Source of the DNA: Deltaproteobacteria bacterium
GTDB taxonomy: Bacteria > Desulfobacterota > Binatia > UBA12015
DNA: 44,192 nucleotides
Reading direction: 5' to 3'
Assembly (NCBI GenBank): GCA_046583355.1
Contig: JAYGCM010000079.1
Coordinates: 1 to 44,192, forward strand
Positions 1-9,855 of this stretch are shown here, in pieces. Made by a program: the position numbers and the translations under genes. The notes below the pieces were generated by a model. The model worked only from the letters and a program-made list of their open reading frames with translations. It ran no database searches and was not told the origin of the DNA. Positions within the stretch are counted from its first letter, which is position 1. Every line of letters begins with the position of its first letter.

Positions 1-473
1 GGCGGCGTATCGACAACAATCAGATCGTAATCGCCGCTCGCCTCCAATTCGCCGAGTTGCTCCACCGCCATATATTCCTGGGACCCGGCAAAGCTCCCCG
101 AGAGCTGCTTGTAGAAGGAATTGGCGAGGATCTGCTCGCGCACCTCCGGCGAAGGCGCGTGACGCGAAACCAGCTGGTCCCAACTCCCCCGCTGGTCGAG
201 CATCATGGCGCTTAGCGTGCCCGGGATGCCCCCGCCGAGAAGTTCGGCCGGCACCACGCTCGGCGTATTGCCGAGCGCGCCCACGCCGAGCGAATCGGCC
301 AGGCGCCGCGCCGGGTCAATGGTCAGAACGATGGCACGCCGTCCCTGCAAAGCCCCCCAAAGAGCGAGGCTCGCGGCCATCGTTGTTTTGCCCACCCCGC
401 CCGAGCCGGCGCAAACCAGCACCCGATGGTCCGCAACCAAGCGCGCCAAACGTGTGGACGCGTCCACGCTCAT
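1..473 (-). CDS. ArsA/Get3-like ATPase, second of a tandem pair (partial, runs off the window's left edge)
   Basis: Not in the ORF track. Manual translation from ATG 473 gives [31 protein letters not shown]...LTIDPARRLADSLG...GSQEYMAVEQL...YDLIVVDTPP. The start overlaps the upstream stop (ATGA). Confidence 0.88.
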   Translation of the reverse strand, partial: MSVDASTRLARLVADHRVLVCAGSGGVGKTTMAASLALWGALQGRRAIVLTIDPARRLADSLGVGALGNTPSVVPAELLGGGIPGTLSAMMLDQRGSWDQLVSRHAPSPEVREQILANSFYKQLSGSFAGSQEYMAVEQLGELEASGDYDLIVVDTP

Positions 474-1450
474 GCGTTCTCCGCAGGCATGAGTGCGTCG
501 GTATCCGGGAACTCCGCCTCGAGGCAGGCCGAGAGGTGCACCATTTCCTCGGTCGAGAATTCCTCGCAGAAAACGAAGGGCAGAACGACCATCGGCACTT
601 GGATCTGTTCTTCGAGTCGCCCGACCTGGGTCTCGTTGAGCAAGGCCCAATCCATCTCGACTCTGGCCGTGGCGAGCGTGGCTGCCGCCGCGGGCTGGAT
701 CGAATCCTCGATTCCGGCACCGGGAAGCGCCGCCTCAAGAGCTTCGAGTTCCTCGGGCTCACACGGCGGCTCGTGGTATTCGTTCACCACCAACAGCCGC
801 TGCGCCATGCCGATTTTCGCCAACCCCGCGCTCATCTCGATGGCTTCATTCGCCGCCATCTCCTCGGGCAAGGTCACCAACACGGCGCCCGTGCGTTTCT
901 CGTCGCGCAGGAGCGCAGCTACGCGCTCGGCCTCGCGGTGCACCAACCCGACCGAAAAGGTCTTCGCCGCGGCCTGCGGCATGCCGAGGAATTGCAATCC
1001 ATGCCCGGTTGCGGGGGCGTCTACCACGACCAGATCCGGCCCCGTGCCCTCGCGCTCCAGGCGATCGGCCTCGTACCAGATCTTGCCAATCGCCATCAGT
1101 TCTTTCAGCCCCGGCGCTGCCGCAACAAAGTAGCGGTAAATCGTGCTTTTGAAAATCGTATCGAGCAGACGGCGTACCGGCACGACCAGCGCGAGATATT
1201 CCTCAAGCGCGCGTTGCCCGTCCACGACGCAGATCTCTATACGCGCGAGTTCAGCCGGCGCATCCGGCCCCCTGCGCAGCTCGCCCAGGGCCTTCTCCAG
1301 CGAACGCGGCCCTTCGAACTCGACGACCAAAACCTGTTTGCCGCGCCGCGCTGCCGCGAGCGCAAGCGCGAGCGTGATTGTCGTACGACCGACGCCGCCT
1401 TTGCCGACCGTAAAGAGGAGCCTTCGCGAAAAGAGCGTCGCGTCGCTCAA
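470..1450 (-). CDS. ArsA/Get3-like ATPase, first of a tandem pair
   Basis: Motifs [19 protein letters not shown] and [10 protein letters not shown]. Probable TTG start at 1450 overlapping the fabF stop (TTGA). Confidence 0.85.
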   Translation of the reverse strand: MSDATLFSRRLLFTVGKGGVGRTTITLALALAAARRGKQVLVVEFEGPRSLEKALGELRRGPDAPAELARIEICVVDGQRALEEYLALVVPVRRLLDTIFKSTIYRYFVAAAPGLKELMAIGKIWYEADRLEREGTGPDLVVVDAPATGHGLQFLGMPQAAAKTFSVGLVHREAERVAALLRDEKRTGAVLVTLPEEMAANEAIEMSAGLAKIGMAQRLLVVNEYHEPPCEPEELEALEAALPGAGIEDSIQPAAAATLATARVEMDWALLNETQVGRLEEQIQVPMVVLPFVFCEEFSTEEMVHLSACLEAEFPDTDALMPAENA

Positions 1451-2706
1451 GCGTCCGCCGCGACCCGCCGAAACGCGAGGGTTCCGTTGGTCCCGCCGAA
1501 ACCGAAAGAATTGGAGAGCGCAATTTCCACCGCAGCCTTGCGGGCTTGGTTGGGCACATAATCGAGGTCGCAATCGGGGTCGGGCTCGACCTGATTGATG
1601 GTCGGCGGCAGGATCTGCTCGCGCAATGCCAGCGCGGTGAAGATCGCTTCGATACCACCGGCAGCACCGAGGAGATGGCCGGTCATCGACTTCGTCGAGC
1701 TGATCGCGAGCCGCGCCGCATGCTCGCCAAAAACCTGCCGAATCGCGGCGGTTTCGTTGGCATCATTGGCCGGCGTCGAGGTGCCATGCGCATTGATATA
1801 ATCCACATCCGACGGCAAGATCCCGGCGTCCTCGAGACAGAGCCGCATGCAGCCGATGGCTCCCTCGGGCGCGGGGTTCGTCATATGGAAGGCATCGGCG
1901 TTGGCTCCGTAGCCGATGATCTCGGCATGAATCCGCGCGCCGCGAGCCCGGGCCGACTCCCATTCTTCCAGAATCACAATGCCCGCTCCCTCGCCGATCA
2001 CGAAGCCGTCGCGTCTCTTATCAAACGGCCGGCTCGCCGCGCCGGGATCGTCATTGCACGTAGACAGCGCGCGCATCACGCCGAAGCCGCCCACCCCGAG
2101 CGGCGTGATGGCCGCCTCGGAACCACCGGCGATGGCGGCATCGAGGTAGCCATCGCGGATCTTGTAGAAGGCCTCACCAATACCGTGCGCGCCCGATGTG
2201 CAGGCGCTCGTGGTTGCGAAATTCACGCCCTTGGCGCCAAAACGCATGGAGATTTGAGCCGGCGCCAAATTGCTGATCAGCTTCGGGATGAAGAAGGGCG
2301 AGAGCCGCCTCAATCCCTTCTCCAAATAGGCCGCATGCGTCTCCTCGATGGTCTGCAACCCGCCGATGCCGACGCCCACCAGGACGCCCGTACGCAACGC
2401 ATTGGCGTCGTTGATCACCAGGCCTGAATCCTCCATCGCGCGCGTAGCCGCACCCAGCGCGAATTGGATGAAGAGGTCCATCTTCTTGCGTTCTTTTTTC
2501 TCGATGAAATCCTCGACAGCGAAATCCGGCACCTCGCCGGCAATCCGGCTCGGATGCTCCGAGGCATCAAAACGCGTGATCAGGCGCACGCCCGACCGCC
2601 CCGCCAGAAGCGCCTCCCAGCAGGCCTCCACATCACAACCCAAGGGGCCGATCAGCCCAAGCCCGGTCACTGCCACCCGCCGCCGTGTAAACGTCCTCTC
2701 CGCCAT
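1447..2706 (-). CDS. fabF: 3-oxoacyl-ACP synthase II
   Basis: [16 protein letters not shown] (catalytic Cys), [29 protein letters not shown]. Confidence 0.96.
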   Translation of the reverse strand: MAERTFTRRRVAVTGLGLIGPLGCDVEACWEALLAGRSGVRLITRFDASEHPSRIAGEVPDFAVEDFIEKKERKKMDLFIQFALGAATRAMEDSGLVINDANALRTGVLVGVGIGGLQTIEETHAAYLEKGLRRLSPFFIPKLISNLAPAQISMRFGAKGVNFATTSACTSGAHGIGEAFYKIRDGYLDAAIAGGSEAAITPLGVGGFGVMRALSTCNDDPGAASRPFDKRRDGFVIGEGAGIVILEEWESARARGARIHAEIIGYGANADAFHMTNPAPEGAIGCMRLCLEDAGILPSDVDYINAHGTSTPANDANETAAIRQVFGEHAARLAISSTKSMTGHLLGAAGGIEAIFTALALREQILPPTINQVEPDPDCDLDYVPNQARKAAVEIALSNSFGFGGTNGTLAFRRVAADA

Positions 2707-2776
2707 AGGGTTCTAATTACGCAAGCTCCCGAAGAGGTTCAACCTCCGGCGTGGCCGTGCCGCCAGGCGCCGCTTG

Positions 2777-2805
2777 TTGACGACCCCGGCGGGGGGATCT
2801 AGGTT
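2777..2805 (+). promoter_or_regulatory. Putative sigma70 promoter for a probably leaderless bamD transcript
   Basis: TTGACG-17 nt-TAGGTT, ending 6 nt before ATG 2812, with no Shine-Dalgarno. Confidence 0.55.
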
Positions 2806-2811
2806 CGGGGC

Positions 2812-3627
2812 ATGCGTTCGTGGATCGTTTTCGGACTCGCCCTTGGTCTGGCCTTTGCCCCCGGCTGTTCCGGGCAAAAGCGTACTCGCATTACGGGAGC
2901 CGACGAGCTCTACGCCAAGGGGACAATGGCCCATAATGACGAAAGCCATCAGCAGGCAATCCTGAGCTATCGTACCTTCCTCGACCATTACCCCCTCGAC
3001 CCGCGCGCCGAGGAAGTCGAGAGGCGCATCGCCGACGCCTATTTCGAAGATGAAAAATACCCCGAGGCAATCGCCACCTACAGCGATGTGCAGCGGATGC
3101 ACCCCATCAGCGGCGACCAGGCCGAGGTCGAACTCCGCATCGGTCAATCCTACCGCCTGCAGATGGATACAATAGACCGCGACCTGGCCTCGGCGCAAAA
3201 CGCCCACGAATACTTCCGCAATATCGCCCTGCGTTACCCAGGCACCGAAGAAGCCCGCAACGCTCGCACCCGGCTCAAAGAGACCCGCGAGCATCTCGCC
3301 GCGCGCGAACTCTATGTCGCTGAATTCTACGCCGACCGCGACTCCTACCGTGCCGCCGCCGCGCGCGCCGGCGAGGTCGTCATCCGCTTCCCCGACACCT
3401 CCGTGACACGCCAGGCCGTGGCGCTTCTCGACGAACTCGCGCGCGAGGAAAACGACACTATATTGGTCACCCTCGCGCAGAACGCGCTTGCGGAGATCGA
3501 CACCAATAATGCCATTGAGGAAGAATCGAAGCGCGCGCAATACGCCGGCCCCGCCTTGGGCTTGCTGCGCATGCACCTCGAAACGATGAAGCTGGCCCCG
3601 GCGTCCCCGCGCGACGACGCGCGATGA
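2812..3627 (+). CDS. bamD: Outer-membrane protein assembly lipoprotein BamD
   Basis: Lipoprotein-type signal (APGC), TPR-like helices and BamD-type motifs IDRD...A...F...YP and LAARELYVAEFY. Confidence 0.85.
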   Translation: MRSWIVFGLALGLAFAPGCSGQKRTRITGADELYAKGTMAHNDESHQQAILSYRTFLDHYPLDPRAEEVERRIADAYFEDEKYPEAIATYSDVQRMHPISGDQAEVELRIGQSYRLQMDTIDRDLASAQNAHEYFRNIALRYPGTEEARNARTRLKETREHLAARELYVAEFYADRDSYRAAAARAGEVVIRFPDTSVTRQAVALLDELAREENDTILVTLAQNALAEIDTNNAIEEESKRAQYAGPALGLLRMHLETMKLAPASPRDDAR

Positions 3628-4319
3628 AGCGCTGCGCCATCGTCGGCATAGGCGGCCTCGGCGCACCCGCCGCGGCGCTGCTCGCGGCGAGCGCAGAGGC
3701 CCACCTCACACTGATCGACGACGATCGCGTCGACCTCTCCAACCTGCCCCGCCAACCTCTCTACGGAGAATCCGATCTCGGCCGAGCCAAGGTCGAGGCA
3801 GCCGCTGCGGGACTCTCGCGACACTACCCGCGGCTTACAATCCGGACGCATATCGAGAGACTGGAACCGGCCAATGCCGACAGGCTGCTCGCCGAGGCCG
3901 ATGTCATCCTCGATGGCACCGACAACCTGGACACGAAGATTCTCTTGAACGAGATTGCCCTGCGCCGCCGCACCCCGCTGGTCCACGCCGGGGTGCTCGG
4001 CCTCGATGGTCAGCTGATGTCGATCCTGCCTGGCGAGAGCGCATGCCTGCGGTGCCTTTTCGTTGAGCACCCGGAAAGCGACGAGCTGCCCACCTGCCAG
4101 CAGGCTGGCATCCTCGCACCCGTGGTCGGCGCCATCGGCCTCGCGGCCGCGCGCGAGGCACTCTATATATTGCGCGGTACCCGGCCGCCGCTGGCGGACC
4201 GCTTCGCCATCCTCGATGGCCGCCGGTTGCGCTGGCGAACACTCATCTTACGACGACGGCCGCAATGCGTGGCGTGCGGCGGCCTTGCGATTGTCGCCGC
4301 GCATCGCGAAGATCCCTGA
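3624..4319 (+). CDS. ThiF/MoeB-family adenylyltransferase (E1-like), lacking the N-terminal helix and with no rhodanese domain
   Basis: IVGIGGLG, IDDDRVDLSNLPRQ, GRAKVEAA, DGTDN, CLRC, PTCQQAG and CVAC. ATGA overlap with bamD. Confidence 0.9.
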   Translation: MKRCAIVGIGGLGAPAAALLAASAEAHLTLIDDDRVDLSNLPRQPLYGESDLGRAKVEAAAAGLSRHYPRLTIRTHIERLEPANADRLLAEADVILDGTDNLDTKILLNEIALRRRTPLVHAGVLGLDGQLMSILPGESACLRCLFVEHPESDELPTCQQAGILAPVVGAIGLAAAREALYILRGTRPPLADRFAILDGRRLRWRTLILRRRPQCVACGGLAIVAAHREDP

Positions 4320-4341
4320 AGAAAGATGAGGTTGTCTCGAA

Positions 4342-4623
4342 ATGCCCGTAACCGTCAAAGTGCCCACACCGCTTCGTAAATTCACCGCCGGATCCGAATC
4401 CGTCGAGGGAGAAGGAGCCACCGTCGGCGCCGTCATCGACGACCTTGAGTCGCGCAACGGGGGAATCCGTGAGCGCCTCTGCGACGAACAGGGCAAGGTG
4501 CGCCGCTTCGTGAACCTCTACGTCAACGGCGAGGATATCCGCTTCCTGCAACAACTCGACACCGCCGTCAAAGACGGTGACGAGATCGCCATCGTGCCGG
4601 CCATCGCCGGGGGCGGCCGCTGA
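4342..4623 (+). CDS. MoaD/ThiS/CysO-family ubiquitin-like sulfur carrier
   Basis: [23 protein letters not shown] and the C-terminus [13 protein letters not shown]-like GAGG upstream. Confidence 0.92.
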   Translation: MPVTVKVPTPLRKFTAGSESVEGEGATVGAVIDDLESRNGGIRERLCDEQGKVRRFVNLYVNGEDIRFLQQLDTAVKDGDEIAIVPAIAGGGR

Positions 4624-4649
4624 GCCAGGCATCCGTCCGCGCCGACGGG

Positions 4650-5576
4650 ATGCGCGGCGACTCCGTCGCCGACCTCGTCGGGCGGACCCCGCTCCTGCGG
4701 CTGCGCCAGATCACGCGGGACCTGCCCGCGGGCGTGCGCATCTGGGCCAAGCTTGAGGGTTTCAACCCCGGCGGCTCCGTCAAAGACCGCCCCGCCCTGC
4801 ATATGCTCAAGGCGGGTATCGCCTCGGGCAAGCTTCGCTCTGGCAAAACCGTCATCGACTCCACATCGGGTAATACCGGGATTGCGCTGGCGCTCTACGG
4901 CGCGACCCTCGGCGTACCTGTCGAACTGGTGCTGCCCGCCAATGTCAGCCGGGAGCGCCGCCAGATCATCCACGCCTACGGCGCCACGACGATCGATAGC
5001 GACCCGATGGAAGGCTCCGACGGTGCGATCCGCCTCTGCCGCGAGATCATCGCCAAAAATCCCGAGCGCTACTTCAAGCCCGACCAATATTTCAATCCGG
5101 TAAACCCGCTGGCCCATTATGAGACGACGGGCCCGGAGATCTGGCAACAAACCCAGGGGAAGATCACGCATTTCTGCGCGACCATCGGAACCAGCGGTAC
5201 GGTCATGGGCACGGGCCGTTTCTTCAAGGAGCACGCGCCGCATGTACAAGTGCTCGCCATCGAACCCGACGACGCCTTTCACGGGCTCGAAGGGCTCAAG
5301 CATATGGCCAGCTCGATCGTACCCGGCATCTACCACGAAACCGAGCTTGACGGAAAGATCCCCGCGCCCACCGAGGAAGCCTACGATATGGTCTACCGGC
5401 TCGGCCGCGAAGAGGGCCTCCTGGTCGGGCAAAGCTCCGGCGCGGCGGCATGGGCCGCATTGGAACTCGGCAAAACATTGGAGAAGGCGGAGATCGTCAC
5501 GGTCTTCCCCGACTTCGGCGACAAATACCTGAGCACCAACCTCTGGGCCGGGTGGCAGGATATTCCCAAGCGTTGA
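4650..5576 (+). CDS. cysM: PLP-dependent cysteine synthase (CysM-like, probably carrier-dependent)
   Basis: [14 protein letters not shown] (PLP Lys), STSGNTG, GTSGT, GQSSGAA and FPDFGDKYLS. Adjacent to the CysO-like carrier. Confidence 0.85.
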   Translation: MRGDSVADLVGRTPLLRLRQITRDLPAGVRIWAKLEGFNPGGSVKDRPALHMLKAGIASGKLRSGKTVIDSTSGNTGIALALYGATLGVPVELVLPANVSRERRQIIHAYGATTIDSDPMEGSDGAIRLCREIIAKNPERYFKPDQYFNPVNPLAHYETTGPEIWQQTQGKITHFCATIGTSGTVMGTGRFFKEHAPHVQVLAIEPDDAFHGLEGLKHMASSIVPGIYHETELDGKIPAPTEEAYDMVYRLGREEGLLVGQSSGAAAWAALELGKTLEKAEIVTVFPDFGDKYLSTNLWAGWQDIPKR

Positions 5577-6187
5577 GCCTCAGCGAGCGACAGATCGAGA
5601 TCTGGAGCCGTCAGATCATCCTGCCGGAGCTCGGTGGCCGCGGCCAGGAGCGGCTCCTCGCGTCCCGCGTACGCCTGCTCGGCACCGACCTCGCGGCCGC
5701 CACCGCGGCTACCTACCTGGCCGGCGCCGGCATCTGCACCCTGGAAATCGAGCCCGCCCTTCTCGAGGCGCCGCCCTTTGCCTCCCTGGGCGATCGCGTC
5801 CCGGGGACCCGCATTCTCACCCGCCCCGAAGACGCCACGATCGATCTTCTCCTATGCAGCGCCGAGGTGGTGCCGCTGCCGGTGGCGCGGCTAGGGACTC
5901 TCCTCATCGACCAGGACCAAGAGGGAACGACGAGCCTGCTGCTTCTACCGCGCGGCGCCGCCGCCTGCCCGCAATGTGTGCGGCGACCGGCTCCGGCAGA
6001 CCATAGCGACGTCGCCGCCGCGAGCATGGCGGGCAGTCTCGCCGCCTTGGTGGCGACGCGCTGGCTGGCAGAAATCGAGCAGGAAAAAGAATCCCGGCGT
6101 TGGGTACTCACGCCCGGTGCCGCCTGCTGGGAATATGCCGATGTCGCGCAGAAAAAACCGTGTCCCGCGACCCACCACGCGCCATAG
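5573..6187 (+). CDS. Degenerate ThiF/MoeB-fold protein (pseudo-E1)
   Basis: TTG start overlapping the cysM stop. MoeB-type N-terminus [29 protein letters not shown] and CPQC are present; GxGxxG and SNLxRQ are absent. Confidence 0.75.
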   Translation: MSLSERQIEIWSRQIILPELGGRGQERLLASRVRLLGTDLAAATAATYLAGAGICTLEIEPALLEAPPFASLGDRVPGTRILTRPEDATIDLLLCSAEVVPLPVARLGTLLIDQDQEGTTSLLLLPRGAAACPQCVRRPAPADHSDVAAASMAGSLAALVATRWLAEIEQEKESRRWVLTPGAACWEYADVAQKKPCPATHHAP

Positions 6188-6329
6188 ACTCCTCCAACTT
6201 GCCGGCCTGCGTGGCCGCAGTTATCCACATATGACCATCTGCGGGCCGGTGATTCCACCTGGCCCCGGTGCGGGCTCCGCCGGTTTGCGCGGCGCCGGCG
6301 TTTTTTCAACGAAAAGGAACCAGAAGTCC

Positions 6330-7586
<1,257 letters not shown>

Positions 7587-7602
7587 CCCAACCAAGCTGC
7601 TC

Positions 7603-7630
7603 GAGGAGGGGGGCGCGAGCCCCCCTCCTC
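7603..7630. terminator. Hairpin between convergent genes (probable bidirectional terminator)
   Basis: Perfect 12-bp stem GAGGAGGGGGGC-GCGA-GCCCCCCTCCTC with a GNRA loop, followed by TTCT. Confidence 0.75.
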
Positions 7631-7641
7631 TTCTGCCTTTA

Positions 7642-7974
7642 TTACGCCGCCATTCCCGCAAACGGGGCAATCTCGAACGAAACTCCGTAGACCCGCGCGA
7701 GCAAGAAACCGAGCGCCATCACGGCTGCCAGGAACGCACCCAACGCGCCCATCGCCACACCGGCGAGGAGCAGGCTGGCGAGCATGCCGGCCACACCGAT
7801 GACCGGCGCGAAGAGCGGCGAGTCGGCCGCCGGGCCCACCGGACGGGCGAAATCAACCACGCCCTGCGCTGTCGCCTGCGAAAAAACGCCCTCAGCGTCC
7901 AGTTGTTCGCGGACATTCGTCCAGACCTCGTCGAGGGTCGAAAAAAGTTTGTCGAAATCCAGCTCGGGAAACAT
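7642..7974 (-). CDS. Small hypothetical membrane protein
   Basis: ATG 7974 preceded by GAAGGAG. Long hydrophobic C-terminal segment. Last gene of the ECF cluster. Confidence 0.7.
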   Translation of the reverse strand: MFPELDFDKLFSTLDEVWTNVREQLDAEGVFSQATAQGVVDFARPVGPAADSPLFAPVIGVAGMLASLLLAGVAMGALGAFLAAVMALGFLLARVYGVSFEIAPFAGMAA

Positions 7975-7987
7975 CGCCTTGCTCCTT

Positions 7988-8533
7988 CTATTCCGTTGTC
8001 GCGTGCGCCGGTACCAGGCCCGGTACCACAGAGGCGGCCGGCCGCCGCGCCGGGGCTTGTGCAGGCTGCGCCGCCACCCGGGCGCCAACCGAGATCAGCA
8101 ATACCCCGCCATTGAGTCCGGGGCCACCCAACACCACCCGCCCCCGATCGCCCAAGGTCAGTAGGGTATTCATCAGGATCTTCTCGCCCTGGTGCAATTC
8201 TACCTGCAGGGCGACACGGCCGGGCGCGGGCACAGCCTTCGGATGGGCCCGTAGCTCGAGCCCCCCGGGCAAGGCAAAGGGAGCGCTTGCCCCCAGCTCG
8301 ATGTTCTGAGCCTCAAGCCGCATCAATTCGTAGGAGCGATAATGAAAAAGGCGGGTCAGGCGCGCCTGCATCCCCTGCGCAATCAGCCTCTGGTCGACAC
8401 GTTTGATTGTATCACTGCCCAGAACCGTGCAGACCTCTACGGCCACCAGCGGCACGGCTGCCGCCGTGAGCGCGGAGACGAGAACCAGCAGCAGCCCAAA
8501 CGAGAGCTGTGTGGATACGATGGCCGCCTTCAT
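7988..8533 (-). CDS. Hypothetical exported protein of the ECF sigma operon
   Basis: ATGA overlap with the anti-sigma stop. Signal-peptide-like N-terminus MKAAIVSTQLSFGLLLVLV. Confidence 0.7.
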   Translation of the reverse strand: MKAAIVSTQLSFGLLLVLVSALTAAAVPLVAVEVCTVLGSDTIKRVDQRLIAQGMQARLTRLFHYRSYELMRLEAQNIELGASAPFALPGGLELRAHPKAVPAPGRVALQVELHQGEKILMNTLLTLGDRGRVVLGGPGLNGGVLLISVGARVAAQPAQAPARRPAASVVPGLVPAHATTE

Positions 8534-9246
8534 CGGCGCGCCCGAGGCGCCGTTTCCCCGAGCCAGATCACGGCGGTATCGCCTGCCGGCTCGGCCCACA
8601 TGGCCATCTCGCCACCAAAATCATTCAGCGAGTGAATCTGCACCTGCTGGTAGTGCGGGCTCGAAGCACGCGCCGCCGGAAAGGCCGCCGCAATCACCTG
8701 CCCTGCCCCAAGCACGCGAGCGGATCGTACCGGCTCTGCCGCTGCGCTCACCTCGGCAAATTGCCCCGACCCAACCCCTGGTGTCCGCGCGGCTTCTTCC
8801 TCGCCGACGAGAAAGAAACCCAGCAGAAGCAATGCGGCCAGCGCCAGACCACCGCCAAAAAAGGCTGACGGCGAAGCCGTCCTGCCCGACGAGGCCGGCG
8901 CGAGCCAGGTGTCCTGGTCGCTGGCGACAGGCGCGGGTCCGCCAACCAGGACGCCGCGTACTTTGGCGCTCGCGGCCGCAAGACGGAAGCCGCGCCACGC
9001 GCTCTGCTCCGCTGCGGAGGATGCAAGGGCCGCGGAGACCCCGGCCCAGACCTGCCCCTCGTCGACGCCTGCCATATCGGCTTCAACCGAATCGGCGACC
9101 AGGCTACGCAAATGCTCGTGCTCGGCCAGCAGCGCGGCGCATGGCGCGCAGCCGGCCAGATGAATCGCCGTATCGCGCATCAGCCGGCCGCCGAGTTCGC
9201 CGTCGTGGAAGGTTTCAAGCAGAAGTTCGGCTTCGGGGCAGTTCAT
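8530..9246 (-). CDS. Zinc-binding (zf-HC2) membrane anti-sigma factor
   Basis: MNC...FHDGEL...HLAGCAPC (ZAS motif), then a single TM helix. Coupled to the ECF sigma gene. Confidence 0.85.
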   Translation of the reverse strand: MNCPEAELLLETFHDGELGGRLMRDTAIHLAGCAPCAALLAEHEHLRSLVADSVEADMAGVDEGQVWAGVSAALASSAAEQSAWRGFRLAAASAKVRGVLVGGPAPVASDQDTWLAPASSGRTASPSAFFGGGLALAALLLLGFFLVGEEEAARTPGVGSGQFAEVSAAAEPVRSARVLGAGQVIAAAFPAARASSPHYQQVQIHSLNDFGGEMAMWAEPAGDTAVIWLGETAPRARR

Positions 9247-9830
9247 TCGAACTCCTTCAGCTGCGATTGCAGCTTCTTGCGCGCGTAATGCAACCGACTC
9301 ATAACCGTGCCTTTGGAACACTGCAGGACCTGACTGATCTCCTCGTAGGAGAAGCCGTCCAGTTCTCGTAAAAGTATCACTGCTCTATGGTCCGGGGTCA
9401 ACTCTCCGATGGCCTCGCCAAGACGTGCGCGAAGTTCGGAATCTTTGGTCGCTTCAAAAGGGTCGGCTGCGGGATGGTCATCGCTGGCGCGATCGATTGC
9501 ATCCTCGCCCACCCCGCCATCCGAATGGATGCGGTGCGTATCGACGATCGGCTTGCGCCACTCACGGCGCTGGTAGTCGATCGAGAGGTTCACGGCGATG
9601 CGGTAGATCCAGGTATAGAAGCTCGCCTGACCGCGAAAACGGTCGAGCGAACGATAGGCCTTGAGAAAAGCCTCCTGGGTCACCTCGAGTGCTGCCTCAC
9701 GGTCGTGCAGCATCCCCGTCACCATGGCGAGTACACGCCGTTGATATCGCTCAACTAACTCCCGGAACGCCTCCTTGTCTCCCTGCCCCGCGCGCTGCGC
9801 GAGGTCACCTTCATCTGTGCCTGTAGCCAC
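9243..9830 (-). CDS. ECF RNA polymerase sigma factor (RpoE-like)
   Basis: AFRELVERYQ, QEAFLKAY, FYTWIYRIAVN, LRELDGFSYEEI and GTVMSRLHYAR. Confidence 0.93.
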   Translation of the reverse strand: MATGTDEGDLAQRAGQGDKEAFRELVERYQRRVLAMVTGMLHDREAALEVTQEAFLKAYRSLDRFRGQASFYTWIYRIAVNLSIDYQRREWRKPIVDTHRIHSDGGVGEDAIDRASDDHPAADPFEATKDSELRARLGEAIGELTPDHRAVILLRELDGFSYEEISQVLQCSKGTVMSRLHYARKKLQSQLKEFE

Positions 9831-9855
9831 TAGACGAGTCTCCGGGCGCGAAAAT

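Noticed and set aside
3624..6187. Reading the ThiF/Ubl cluster as an antiphage ubiquitin-like conjugation system (Bil or CBASS Cap2 type)
   Set aside because: No E2 or JAB gene is present, and the cysM/sat context points to sulfur transfer.
6221..6229. Perfect DnaA box TTATCCACA, suggesting oriC
   Set aside because: Single box with no cluster, no AT-rich unwinding element and no dnaA/dnaN context. It overlaps a plausible -10 element.
5976..6329. N-terminal extensions in the ORF track (sat, polA, hemA, mutM, hemB, ABC ATPase)
   Set aside because: They overlap neighbouring genes or intergenic DNA. Family-typical N-termini and SD or overlap signals point to downstream starts.
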